Below are positions 1 to 10,285 of a stretch of 64,000 nt of DNA, one piece after another. Origin of the DNA: Enterococcus phage VRE9_4; sequence record PP680570.1. One strand, 5' to 3'. A model generated the notes under the pieces. That model did no database searches. It was given only the letters and a program-made list of their open reading frames with translations, and was not told the DNA's origin. Within the stretch, counting starts at the first letter, position 1, and the number at the start of each line of letters is the position of its first letter. A program made the translations under genes and the position numbers.

Positions 1-3000
1 ATAAGCCAGATGGAAGCCCAGCTCCAGTTGCACAAGGCGTGCTGATTGGAGACGTTACTAATCCTGTAGCCAATAAATGGTATACATTAACAACGATGGA
101 TGGAAATCATGCTGTACCTGATTTAATTAATAACTGTAAATCTGTATGGCTTCAAGCGAACCTTTCTAATACAGAGTTTAAAGGTAAATTAAATATTCGA
201 TACACTATTAAAATCGAAGAAGGAGATAAAGCAACACCATATCAACCTAATTTAATGGATTCTCCTTACTATTTAAATAATATACCTCTTCAAGAGAATC
301 TAATAAGATCTGATGTGGGTACTAAATTACCAATAACTACTACCGAATATCAAGTTGCAAATTTTGTTCCTAAAGAACCTTATATTATAGGACAAAAATA
401 TACATTTACTATGAAAGCAACAAAACTGGGTGCACAAAACTTTGGTATCCATTTAAGAGCCGGTTCTCTAGGAGTCGGAGATATGAAACCAGTACAAGGG
501 TTAATTAATACTTGGCAAATTACTTTCACAATTACTCAGGCACATATTGATGGCAATGCTAATGCAGTAAATGTTTTTCAAATGCCTCAATCAACTAAGG
601 GTACTGTAAATATAGAATGGGCTAAACTTGAAAAAGGTGAAAATTATACTCCAAATATAGATTCATATAAATATATGGGGATTTATGTTGGAGGAGAAAG
701 CGAACAACCTCATGACCCAACTCAATATGCCTGGAGTCAAATTAAGGGTAATGATTCTACAGCTTATTCATTATTATTAAGTAGTCAAATAATGTCATTA
801 CCAAGAGGAGCAAGTAAACTAGTTCCTGAAAATATTACTATTTCTGGTATGGCTCAAACAGGTGAAAAATCTATTGAGAACATTAAATCTCGTATTGTTG
901 TAGAAGAAACTACTAATGGAACTACATGGACTACTAAGTATGATGCAGATGCATTAACCTATACTTATACTCCTTCTTCCTTAAATGTTTTATCTGCACG
1001 AGTTAAAATGTATGTTGCAGGAGATAAAAATGTACAATTAGATCAAAAGAGTATTAATATTGTCAAAGATGGTTCGAATGGTTCTAATGGTTCAAGTAGT
1101 TATACATGGGTTCGTTATTCAGAAAATGCCAATGGTAATCCAATGACTACAACCTCTAATAGCAAAACTAAATACATTGGTATTGCTATTACCCAAACTT
1201 CAACTGCACCAAGCGCTTATAGTGATTACACTTGGAGTAGAATTAAGGGAAGTGGCGGACTTGTAGCTAAAGTTTATTCTAATGGTGGAACAAACATTGA
1301 GCAATCTCCAATTCAGATTAATGTAGAAACACAATCTGATGGGGATATAGTAGAACCAGATAAAGTAACATGGTATATGTCAAAAGATTCTTCGGTAGAA
1401 TGGACAGCAATTACTGCTGGAAATGGAATTACTTTAAATAAAAAATATATAGTTGTTGAACCAGTAGTATTCTTAGAATCAAATTCAATTAGTTTTAAAG
1501 CTCAAGTAGAATATAATTCTATGGCAGCTTTTGACTATATGACTGTAAATAATAAAAGCTTCGATGCAACAAAACCGTTAATTTTAAGACAACCAACTGC
1601 TCCACTTAATCCTTATCCTGGATTATTATGGTTAGATACTTCTAGTGGTAGTGGAGATCCTCTAGATAAAACTAATCCAAGTTTAGTTTATCGTTGGGGT
1701 AAATCAGCAATTGAAAGTGTAATTGGAACTGAATATGCGCATTATGCTTATGCAAATACACCAACTGGATATCAAGAAGATGGTGTTACACCAGATCCAG
1801 GGTTTAGTGTTACTTATAATAGTAGTCAAAAACCTATGTATATTGGATATTGTGTAACTGATACAGCACCAGATCCAACCACTCCTAGTTCCTACAATTG
1901 GAAGTCAATCACTACAGAAAATGGTAGCGAAGATGTTAACGGTGCCAAAGGTATTGCACAAGAAAAAATAGAAACAACTTACGAATGGGGATGGGTTGTT
2001 CTAAGTACTTCTGATTTAGAAATGCTTCCATGGTTAAATAATGAAGACGGTTCTACAATTATTGACTGGATTTATCAAATTACTCAAAAAACTTCGGATG
2101 ATTCTATTGTTCAAACTGTAGTTGGTTCAGAAGATATGTCGAAAGTATATGCTAAAACTGATGCGGTCGATGAACTAAGTAGTGCCAACCATGAATTATC
2201 AGATAAAATAGAAGAATATAATAAGCAAATGCAAGAAGCTTTTGCTGGAATTGATACAACGTATGTAAACAAATCAGAATTTGAACAAGAAATGAATAAA
2301 TTCAATTTTGGTATTGATAAAGCTGGTGGGGTTAACTTAATTAGAAATTCAACAGGTTTCCAATGGGAAGATACAGCGCCTAGCGATGAAATGTTAACAA
2401 ATCCTAAATTTGAAGGAACAATCTCAACTACTGGATTAAATGATAATGGTTGGGTGTATAATGATACAGGAATGGGTCAGATAATAGGAGCAGAAAATGA
2501 CTTTCCAGAATATAATATTATGCGTATTGGTGGAACTAATTCAAGAACCAAATATAGTTATAGTAAAAATATTCCTGTTACTCCAGGCCAATTAATTAAT
2601 ATTTCTGGACAGACTCGTATCCCTAACACTATTGGAGATACTCAACATATTTATGTTTCTATTAGATTCTATGGGGCGGCAAGCGATCCATCTGCTAATT
2701 CTGAAGCGGATACAATAGGAGATGGACAAGGTTTTATCTATCTATTTACAGATAAAAAGCACAATGCTGGTTCCATATTTGGAACAGATTCTTACACTGT
2801 AAAAACAAATAATATAGTCCAAGATATTTGGAGTAATTATTCTGTTAATGTAACAATACCATCTGGAGCCGCTTTTATGAAGGTATGTTTGTATAATAGT
2901 TCTACAACTGTTACTGACTATTTTGATTTTAGAAAACCTAGTGTAGTTTTATATTCTGGGATGTTTGATTTTTGGTATAAAAATGATTCAGCCAATGCCC

Positions 3001-3689
3001 AAATTAGACAAATTTTAGGTGATGAATCACTAGAAGAACTTGGTTTAATTGCTGGTTTTGAATTAAAAGGTTTAAGATATAAACTAGACCAAGATATTCT
3101 TCTACCTAACCCAAATACAGAATATACTCTAAGCTGGTATGCTAATAAAATTAGTCAATCAGGGAAGAGCAAATATTATGTAAAAGTATTAAATACAAAA
3201 ACTGGAGCAGAAATAGCTGTTTCAGAAGCCTCTGCCGATACTATCGGATACCAACGAATGTCTGTTACTTTTTCAGTAACTAACACAAGTGCAGTTACTA
3301 TTAGAATTGGTTTAGAAGGAGAAGGAAGCGCGGATGCAACATTATCCGCAGCAGGATTAATGATTAATATTGGTCCCTATCCTCTCTCTTGGCAATCTCA
3401 TCACGAAGAAGTATATTCTACAAATGTTCGAATTGATAGTAGTGGCTTGAAAGTATTTAATTCTGATTACGATGGATATAATGTTATGACTCCTAGAGAA
3501 TTTGCAGGTTATTATCGTAATGGAGAAGTTTATGAAAGAGTATTTACTTTAAATAAAGATACAACGAAAGTTAAAAAATTAGAAGCGCAAGAAAGATTTA
3601 TGATGAAACCAGTACAAATTGTATCGGTTGATTCTCCAACTATTAAGGGCTGGGCCTTTGTTGGATACAATGGTGAAGATACTGACTAA
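1..3689 (+). CDS. Giant tail fiber / receptor-binding adhesin-like structural protein (5' partial; reading frame open to window start, GTG at 39 is not the real start)
   Basis: ORF open from nt 3 with no upstream stop. Over 1216 aa, Thr/Ser/Asn/Gly-rich, GSNGSNGSS linker, repetitive beta-rich segments typical of phage fibers. Hairpin terminator follows. Confidence 0.5.
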   Translation, partial: KPDGSPAPVAQGVLIGDVTNPVANKWYTLTTMDGNHAVPDLINNCKSVWLQANLSNTEFKGKLNIRYTIKIEEGDKATPYQPNLMDSPYYLNNIPLQENLIRSDVGTKLPITTTEYQVANFVPKEPYIIGQKYTFTMKATKLGAQNFGIHLRAGSLGVGDMKPVQGLINTWQITFTITQAHIDGNANAVNVFQMPQSTKGTVNIEWAKLEKGENYTPNIDSYKYMGIYVGGESEQPHDPTQYAWSQIKGNDSTAYSLLLSSQIMSLPRGASKLVPENITISGMAQTGEKSIENIKSRIVVEETTNGTTWTTKYDADALTYTYTPSSLNVLSARVKMYVAGDKNVQLDQKSINIVKDGSNGSNGSSSYTWVRYSENANGNPMTTTSNSKTKYIGIAITQTSTAPSAYSDYTWSRIKGSGGLVAKVYSNGGTNIEQSPIQINVETQSDGDIVEPDKVTWYMSKDSSVEWTAITAGNGITLNKKYIVVEPVVFLESNSISFKAQVEYNSMAAFDYMTVNNKSFDATKPLILRQPTAPLNPYPGLLWLDTSSGSGDPLDKTNPSLVYRWGKSAIESVIGTEYAHYAYANTPTGYQEDGVTPDPGFSVTYNSSQKPMYIGYCVTDTAPDPTTPSSYNWKSITTENGSEDVNGAKGIAQEKIETTYEWGWVVLSTSDLEMLPWLNNEDGSTIIDWIYQITQKTSDDSIVQTVVGSEDMSKVYAKTDAVDELSSANHELSDKIEEYNKQMQEAFAGIDTTYVNKSEFEQEMNKFNFGIDKAGGVNLIRNSTGFQWEDTAPSDEMLTNPKFEGTISTTGLNDNGWVYNDTGMGQIIGAENDFPEYNIMRIGGTNSRTKYSYSKNIPVTPGQLINISGQTRIPNTIGDTQHIYVSIRFYGAASDPSANSEADTIGDGQGFIYLFTDKKHNAGSIFGTDSYTVKTNNIVQDIWSNYSVNVTIPSGAAFMKVCLYNSSTTVTDYFDFRKPSVVLYSGMFDFWYKNDSANAQIRQILGDESLEELGLIAGFELKGLRYKLDQDILLPNPNTEYTLSWYANKISQSGKSKYYVKVLNTKTGAEIAVSEASADTIGYQRMSVTFSVTNTSAVTIRIGLEGEGSADATLSAAGLMINIGPYPLSWQSHHEEVYSTNVRIDSSGLKVFNSDYDGYNVMTPREFAGYYRNGEVYERVFTLNKDTTKVKKLEAQERFMMKPVQIVSVDSPTIKGWAFVGYNGEDTD

Positions 3690-3693
3690 AAAT

Positions 3694-3735
3694 AAATGGT
3701 CATTCCTAATTATTTGGGAGTGACCATTTCTTATT
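3694..3735 (+). terminator. Hairpin (9-bp stem AAATGGTCA/TGACCATTT, long loop) after fiber gene
   Basis: Inverted repeat seen in the sequence. T-rich 3' side. Confidence 0.4.
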
Positions 3736-3771
3736 TCCCAAGAGAGAAGAGGAAAAGGAGGAAATTTAATA

Positions 3772-6150
3772 ATGGCAACAAGTGGAGAGAAATATACTGC
3801 TTTTGCTCGACATCGTTTAAATTGTAGATGGTCGATAAACCGACAAGATATTGCTGGTAACTACACAATTGTCACCGGTTTTTTATATTTACAATCTATG
3901 GACGCCTATGGGGCTATTTCAGCTTCTGCCGTAGGTCAAGCACAAGTTACAATTAATGGACAAAAACAAACTGAAAACGCAACTTCTCAATTAAGTGCGC
4001 ATCAAAATAAATTATTATTAGCTAAAGATTATCGAGTAGGACATAATAATGACGGTTCAAAAACGACTACTGTTTCTGGAAGTTATTTTGTAAATGTTAC
4101 ATTCGCAGGAGTTTATTATGGAACGATATCTGTTGGGAATTTTAACGCAGATTTACCCAAAATTCCTAGACATAGTTCATTGAATCCAGTACCAACATTT
4201 ACAGTTCCTAATGGATGCTCTTTTTCTATTAGCAGACAATCAAATTTTACACATGGACTAAGCTTTTGGGTCCAAAATAGAGCTAACCCTACGCTATCTG
4301 ATGATAGTCATTGGACGTGGCTTGCAGATGTAAGCAATGTCGCAACGAGTGGCAAATTTAATTTTACAGATGGACAGCTATCAACTATTGCTCAAAGAAT
4401 AAAACAATTTGCTGGTAATGGTGGAAATATTTTGGGAAAGGTTAAACTATGGACGAACGGCGTGTCCGGCCTTAGTCAACAACGAACAGTCCAGATTGCT
4501 CATCCAGCACCAGCTTCTCCTAATATTAAAGATTTTTCTTTAACCTCAGGAGAAAAAATTAACATTGGACTAGATAGTTTTCAATCGGATAGTAAATTTA
4601 AATATGATGTAACATTTAGGTGTGCTGGCTGGAGTAAATCATGGTCTAATTTAACAACAAGCTCTACAGGATGGACGTTAACCCAAGAAGACGTAAATAA
4701 TATGTTGAGTAGATTTACTGGAGCAACAAAAAATGGTTACGAAGTAGAAATTGTTTCTAAACTTTGTGGTTCACAATATAGGAATAGTATAAAAAAATAT
4801 GCAAGTGCGATTGTTAATACGGAAACAGCTTCACCCTTGATAACTGAAGGTTTTTCTCATGAAGATACAAATCAAGTATCCATTGCTATAACAGGAAATA
4901 AAAAAGTACTTTTAGATAAAAATTCTACTTTGAGAGTAACGGTTCCTAGTTCAATAATAACAACTAGAGATTATGGTAAACCAGCTAGTGTTGAGGCATC
5001 ATTTGCAGGGATCAAAAAAACGGTTAATTATGCAGAAGGAAATATGGTTTTAGACTTTGGTGTTATTACAGGAACAACAGGAAATCTAACTGTAACAGCT
5101 ATTGACAGCCGAGGATTAAAAGGGAGCGCTTCTTATGAAGTTACGGTACTTCCATATAATATGCCTGTGATTAACTTTAATGTAAGAAGAAATAATAGCT
5201 TTGAGACAGATACTTTAGTTTCAGGTACTTCTATCTGGTCTCCTGTTGATGGAAAAAATAAAATTTTGTCTGTACAATACCAAATAAGTGGTTCAGATAA
5301 GGTAGATATTCCTTTTACGACAGCAGCAAATGTTTTAAGTATTACAGCCCAAACATTGCCGCTAGATAATTCTCAATCTTGGACAGTTACAATATTCATT
5401 ACAGATAAAACTGGAACATATTCTAGATCATATAATATTACGGAAGGTAAACCATTAATGTTTATCGATCCAAACCGTAAATCTGTTTCTTTTGGGGACT
5501 TCCCAACAACTGGTGAAGAAAGAGGATTGCCTGGTGTTATAGAAATAGAAGCAGATAGATATCATGATAGCGGCAAAACAGGTATTCAAATGAATAATAG
5601 TGATATTTCTGGTTTAAATGGACTATTTTTTTCTAATGATTCAATGAATAATACTGGAGAAGGACTTAATTTCATCAAATCTGGAAAAGAGATTAATTCG
5701 CCTAATCATGATGATTATGACCATATTTATATGAGAGATGGCTCTCTTTACATTAATAATGATAGCGTTCCGCTTTTTACTATGAACGCTGAAAAATCTG
5801 GATTTTTAGAAAAAAGATTATGGTCTGGAGCTTGGTATATTGGTAATACCCAAAAAACAGTTATATCTAAGAGTATTTATGCTTGCCCTAATGGTTGGGC
5901 ATTATTTTTCTCTAGATATTCTGGTGGGGCTCCATCTGATGTGGACTCTGTGTGCGTACTTCTTCATAAAGCTACACTACAATCAACGGGTACTAATCAT
6001 AAACGTGTACTAATTTCAACGTATTCTGACACAATAGCAGTTAAAGCCTTTCATATTCAAGACAATGGAACATCAATTGTAGGCTCTAACAATAATAATT
6101 CTGTAGGAGAAAATGCTAAAACAGTACTAAGGGCGGTGTACGAATGGTGA
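3772..6150 (+). CDS. Putative tail fiber / baseplate-associated structural protein (792 aa)
   Basis: Strong RBS AAAAGGAGGAAAtttaataATG. Large Ser/Thr/Asn-rich protein in the late operon next to the fiber gene. Confidence 0.4.
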   Translation: MATSGEKYTAFARHRLNCRWSINRQDIAGNYTIVTGFLYLQSMDAYGAISASAVGQAQVTINGQKQTENATSQLSAHQNKLLLAKDYRVGHNNDGSKTTTVSGSYFVNVTFAGVYYGTISVGNFNADLPKIPRHSSLNPVPTFTVPNGCSFSISRQSNFTHGLSFWVQNRANPTLSDDSHWTWLADVSNVATSGKFNFTDGQLSTIAQRIKQFAGNGGNILGKVKLWTNGVSGLSQQRTVQIAHPAPASPNIKDFSLTSGEKINIGLDSFQSDSKFKYDVTFRCAGWSKSWSNLTTSSTGWTLTQEDVNNMLSRFTGATKNGYEVEIVSKLCGSQYRNSIKKYASAIVNTETASPLITEGFSHEDTNQVSIAITGNKKVLLDKNSTLRVTVPSSIITTRDYGKPASVEASFAGIKKTVNYAEGNMVLDFGVITGTTGNLTVTAIDSRGLKGSASYEVTVLPYNMPVINFNVRRNNSFETDTLVSGTSIWSPVDGKNKILSVQYQISGSDKVDIPFTTAANVLSITAQTLPLDNSQSWTVTIFITDKTGTYSRSYNITEGKPLMFIDPNRKSVSFGDFPTTGEERGLPGVIEIEADRYHDSGKTGIQMNNSDISGLNGLFFSNDSMNNTGEGLNFIKSGKEINSPNHDDYDHIYMRDGSLYINNDSVPLFTMNAEKSGFLEKRLWSGAWYIGNTQKTVISKSIYACPNGWALFFSRYSGGAPSDVDSVCVLLHKATLQSTGTNHKRVLISTYSDTIAVKAFHIQDNGTSIVGSNNNNSVGENAKTVLRAVYEW

Positions 6151-6896
6151 TAAAAGAAAAAGAATATAAAGATATAGTCCTTGCTTTAGATGAAAACAAT
6201 TTTGTGGAACAATGGGCCGAAAATCTAAGTGGGGAAGGGAATTTCTTTCCCATAACACTCCCTTCAGACCATCCTTTTTTCTATAATAATATAGCTTCTT
6301 TTAAACTTGAAAATTCTGAATTAGTTTTTGTTGAAGACAAATATATGGAGAATACAAAAAAGATTCAAAAGGATAATTTAGAAATAGTTTGTAAAGAAAA
6401 AATTTTAGAAGGTTTTGAATATGAATTTGAAGGAGAATTTTATCATATAAGCTATTCTGAAAATAAACAAAGTAGATTTGAAGAAACAAAAACACTTTTT
6501 TCCACGAAAACAATAAATACTATTGATTGGGAATTTATTCAAAATAATGGTACTATAGTTATTAAAACATTAAATGAATTAGAATTTTTAACGTTGTATA
6601 CTTTTGCTAGTATGGTAAAAATGAATAAAATTAATAAGTTAAACAATAACCTATTCTCTCTTATTGATAATGCAAAAACAGAAGAAGAGATATCGTCAAT
6701 AAATTGGAGTTCTGTAGAGGACGTCTTACCAGAAAAACCAATTATTGATTTAAATGGAGATGGCGAAATTAGCCAAGAAGAATTTGATGCTTTGATGAAA
6801 GAAAATAAAGAACTTAAACAAAAAGTAGAGTTAAATGAAATGGCTTTGGTTGATGCTATTAATATGTTATCTAATATGATTATTGGACAATCTTAA
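6144..6896 (+). CDS. Hypothetical protein with C-terminal EF-hand-like Ca-binding loop (DLNGDGEISQEEF); possible fiber assembly or accessory protein
   Basis: ATGGTGA start/stop overlap with the upstream gene. DxNxDGxIxxxE loop seen in the translation. Confidence 0.35.
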   Translation: MVIKEKEYKDIVLALDENNFVEQWAENLSGEGNFFPITLPSDHPFFYNNIASFKLENSELVFVEDKYMENTKKIQKDNLEIVCKEKILEGFEYEFEGEFYHISYSENKQSRFEETKTLFSTKTINTIDWEFIQNNGTIVIKTLNELEFLTLYTFASMVKMNKINKLNNNLFSLIDNAKTEEEISSINWSSVEDVLPEKPIIDLNGDGEISQEEFDALMKENKELKQKVELNEMALVDAINMLSNMIIGQS

Positions 6897-6911
6897 AGGA
6901 GGTGATTATTA

Positions 6912-7064
6912 ATGTATCCATATTTAGCAATTTTTTACGCAAGCCTTATCATCAAAGACCCAGAAGGTTGGAAAGGAAAAGAAAACCAAATTCCAGCTAT
7001 GATCCGAGACGATGTTATGAAGCTTGTAAATGAAATGGCAAAAAAAGACGTTACCGCCGAGTAA
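6912..7064 (+). CDS. Small hypothetical protein (50 aa) upstream of holin
   Basis: RBS AAAGGAGGtgattattaATG. Not in the ORF track (<60 aa). Hydrophobic N-terminus. Confidence 0.3.
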   Translation: MYPYLAIFYASLIIKDPEGWKGKENQIPAMIRDDVMKLVNEMAKKDVTAE

Positions 7065-7151
7065 TATTATTTGGTTTAGGAATGTTAGTAGGTTTTTTAC
7101 TAGCTCTTCTAATCTTTTAATCTCGGCAAAAATTAAGGAGGAAATAAAATT

Positions 7152-7481
7152 ATGGCAAATATTGATATGAGTCAAATTCAAGATGTTTTCGCTGCTTTAG
7201 TAGCATTTGGTGGTATCTTGGCACCAATCGTATTTTATATTATTCAATTAATCAAACCTTTTATTCCTAGCGATTATACTAAATTAATCGCAGTAGTTCT
7301 AGGAGGGGGTATCGGAGCAGTACTAGTAGCAATTGCCCCTGCTCTTGGAATTGTAGGACTTAACTATATTGTTGGTATAATTGGTGGTTTAATCGGTGGT
7401 TATATTGCAACTAATCAATTTGATACTGCTGCTAAAAAAGGCTTTGAAAAAGGTCTAGATGAAACTAAACAAGAAAAATAA
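7152..7481 (+). CDS. Holin (3 predicted TM helices, charged C-terminus)
   Basis: RBS AAGGAGGaaataaaattATG. Three hydrophobic Gly/Ala/Ile-rich segments, then KKGFEKGLDETKQEK tail. Hairpin terminator follows. Confidence 0.6.
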   Translation: MANIDMSQIQDVFAALVAFGGILAPIVFYIIQLIKPFIPSDYTKLIAVVLGGGIGAVLVAIAPALGIVGLNYIVGIIGGLIGGYIATNQFDTAAKKGFEKGLDETKQEK

Positions 7482-7494
7482 ATAAAATAAATCA

Positions 7495-7525
7495 ATAGGC
7501 TGTCATTGCACAGCCTATTTTTTTA
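7495..7525 (+). terminator. Rho-independent terminator after holin
   Basis: ATAGGCTG-tcattgca-CAGCCTAT followed by TTTTTTT. Confidence 0.6.
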
Positions 7526-7558
7526 CATTAAAGAGAGTATTTATAAGGAGGTATATAA

Positions 7559-9991
7559 ATGGCTTTTACAGATGATTTTTTAAAAAAGATAAAAGGTGGA
7601 GCTTATGCTAGTTGGAAAAACTATAAGGTCTTACCTTCTGTTGTTGCCGCTCAGGCAGCATTAGAGTCAAACTGGGGTAGAAGTTCCCTAGCGACACAAG
7701 GGAAAAATCTGTTTGGGGTAAAAGGAAGTTATAAAGGACAGTCTATTGTCTTTCCTACCCAAGAGTGGACTGGTGGAGGATATGTAACTATTAATGACGC
7801 CTTTGCTAAGTATCCTAGTTGGGATGTTTCCATTGTGGAACATGGTAAATTAATTGCAGAAAATGCTCGTTATCGTGCTGCTATTGGGAAAACAGATCCT
7901 TTAGCCCAAATCACAGCAATTTGGAGCGCTGGTTATGCAACAGATCCTGCTTATCCAAGCAAAATTATGTCAGTTATTAATGCTAATAATTTAAGAGCAT
8001 GGGATTTAGACGCTTTTTCTGGTGGAGATGGCGGAGGATTCAGTGGAGATATAGGTGGAGGAAATGGTTATAAAAACTTTTCTGAAAATCTTATCAAGAA
8101 AAATGGTACTACAAGACCAGGGTTTAAATTAGAAGCAATGCAAGCCATTGTAGTGCATGATATTCAAAGTAGTTCTAATTTAGGTGGAATAAGGAATATT
8201 CTTAATTCTGGAAATGGTGGACAAAAAATGGGTTATCATGTTATTGTCTCAGAAAATGACGCCCAACTAGTAGTACCCTTTACAGAAGGAGTTTATCATG
8301 CGGAGAGAGGCAAAAGCTTAGTTGCTGGCATGAGTAATCCAAATAAAAAAACTATCTCTATTGGAGTAGTAACAAAACGTTCACTTTCTAATTTTTCTAC
8401 CAACCTAAATATTAAATTAGCCTTAGTTATTGCGGAAATATGTAGAACATATAAAATACCTGCAACCGCTGTATTACCAGCTTGGCAAGTAGATGGAGTA
8501 AGCGAACCTATTAGCTGGTATAATAATCCTTTCTTATATACTGCCTTTGTAGGAATGGTAAGTGATGCTATTGAAAAAGGAGAAGATGTAATTACAAATC
8601 CTGACTATGACAGTGGTGGAGGAGGAACTGGTGCTGATGGGTTAATACCAAATGGAGAAGGCGCAATTAAGAATATTATTAAAGAAGCCAATGATTTGCT
8701 TGGATCAATGACCTATTCTTGGACAAGACCTGCCCAAATAAGAAAAGGCGGTTTTGGAGACTGTTCTTCATTCTGTCAATATCTATACCAAAAACATGCT
8801 AAGGTTGATATAGGAAGTTATACTGATGCCCAATGGTTTGGAAGTTGGGGTAAAAAAGTTAACGTTAAAGATGCTAGAGCAGGGGACTTAATATTCTTTG
8901 CTGGAACCTATGCTACTAATATGACAACCACTCATATTGGAATTGTTGTTGGTGGAGGAAAAATGATTGACTTTGGTTCTACACCAGGTCCAAAATTAAA
9001 CAATTATAATGATAGTTATTGGGGACCAAAAATCTATGGTGTGAAAAGAATTTTTTCTGATGCAGATTATAACCAATCCCAATCAGGAGGAGGAAAACCT
9101 TCAAAACCTACAATTGACCCTAAAGGAACATATGTTGTTAATGTTAAAAAATCAGTTGTTGCAACTAACGCTGATGTCGGCGGAGTATCACAAAGAAGAT
9201 TATCTTCCAATGAAGTTTATAGAGTACAAGAAATTGGTAAAACTAGTTTACAATTAGCCTCTAATGAATTATGGGTGCCTAAGAGTAGTGATGCAATAAC
9301 AGTTTCACGATTATCTACACCATCTTCTCCTATTGGAGCTATTTCAACTAAATTACCTACAAAAGTATATTCTGCTCCTACTTATGTAGCAGAACCAGCA
9401 ATAGAGAAAGGAACGCCAAGAATTCTTCCTGAAAAAACAAGTATGAATATTTACGCTGTAGAGAATGGTTTTGCTCAAGTGGATTTAGAAAAAAATCATT
9501 GGGCTGTAGCTAATTCTACATATGCGACTTTGAATATTGATTTATCTGAAGAATTTGTAGAAGATATTAATTTTGAACAGGGCATTCCAACTTCAACTAC
9601 TGTAAGAGGACGGTATGAACCAGAAGACTTTATTACAGTAGAGAATAGTTTGCCAATTAAAAATGGATTAGCTGTAGTTGCTCATCCAGATTTATTGGAT
9701 ATTGGTTCAGTAATTAATATAGAAATTCCATCAGCAACTAAATATAATAGAAAAGCAGTTGTGGTATCAAATAAATTAAATGATTCAGATGGAAACGTAT
9801 TAGAATTGATATTTACAAACCAAGGAGATCAATATAATTTTGGAGGAAGAACTGGAATTATTACATTATTAGAAGTATTAGATAATGATGTAGATATTAC
9901 AAAATTTATGAATAATCCAGAAGGTTACGAACAAACTAAAGCTATCCCTCCAAAAACTCCAGAAGGAGGTATGTTAGGTGAGCCAAAGTAA
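7559..9991 (+). CDS. Multidomain peptidoglycan hydrolase (N-terminal glucosaminidase, central amidase-like domain, NlpC/P60-type Cys-His peptidase, C-terminal binding region); likely virion-associated or tail lysin
   Basis: N-terminal segment typical of mannosyl-glycoprotein endo-beta-N-acetylglucosaminidase (VAAQAALESNWGRSSLA...NLFGVKG). Gly-rich linkers. 'GFGDCSSFCQY...THIGIVVGG' Cys/His pair typical of NlpC/P60 or CHAP. Confidence 0.7.
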   Translation: MAFTDDFLKKIKGGAYASWKNYKVLPSVVAAQAALESNWGRSSLATQGKNLFGVKGSYKGQSIVFPTQEWTGGGYVTINDAFAKYPSWDVSIVEHGKLIAENARYRAAIGKTDPLAQITAIWSAGYATDPAYPSKIMSVINANNLRAWDLDAFSGGDGGGFSGDIGGGNGYKNFSENLIKKNGTTRPGFKLEAMQAIVVHDIQSSSNLGGIRNILNSGNGGQKMGYHVIVSENDAQLVVPFTEGVYHAERGKSLVAGMSNPNKKTISIGVVTKRSLSNFSTNLNIKLALVIAEICRTYKIPATAVLPAWQVDGVSEPISWYNNPFLYTAFVGMVSDAIEKGEDVITNPDYDSGGGGTGADGLIPNGEGAIKNIIKEANDLLGSMTYSWTRPAQIRKGGFGDCSSFCQYLYQKHAKVDIGSYTDAQWFGSWGKKVNVKDARAGDLIFFAGTYATNMTTTHIGIVVGGGKMIDFGSTPGPKLNNYNDSYWGPKIYGVKRIFSDADYNQSQSGGGKPSKPTIDPKGTYVVNVKKSVVATNADVGGVSQRRLSSNEVYRVQEIGKTSLQLASNELWVPKSSDAITVSRLSTPSSPIGAISTKLPTKVYSAPTYVAEPAIEKGTPRILPEKTSMNIYAVENGFAQVDLEKNHWAVANSTYATLNIDLSEEFVEDINFEQGIPTSTTVRGRYEPEDFITVENSLPIKNGLAVVAHPDLLDIGSVINIEIPSATKYNRKAVVVSNKLNDSDGNVLELIFTNQGDQYNFGGRTGIITLLEVLDNDVDITKFMNNPEGYEQTKAIPPKTPEGGMLGEPK

Positions 9992-10193
9992 ATCTTTAAT
10001 TTTAAGAGATCCAAAAGGACAGAATTGGTTGGTCCGAGTATATCATGAAGATGGTATTCGTCAATTGTATACAACAAAAACTGATGAAGAGGGAGAAAAT
10101 TCAGTAAGAATTAAAACCTATCAAGGATATTATAAACTTAAAATAAGTACTAAAGGACAGCTAATAACATTTCCAATTGATTCAATTGGGTAA
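9978..10193 (+). CDS. Small hypothetical protein (GTG start, overlaps upstream gene end)
   Basis: AGGAGG 8 nt upstream of GTG. 71 aa. Confidence 0.3.
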   Translation: MSQSKSLILRDPKGQNWLVRVYHEDGIRQLYTTKTDEEGENSVRIKTYQGYYKLKISTKGQLITFPIDSIG

Positions 10194-10285
10194 TATATAA
10201 AAAGAATTAGAGGGTATGCAATAACAATGTGCTTATCCTCTTTTTCAATACTTTTAGAGCAAAAAACAAAAGGAGGAAAAGGATA

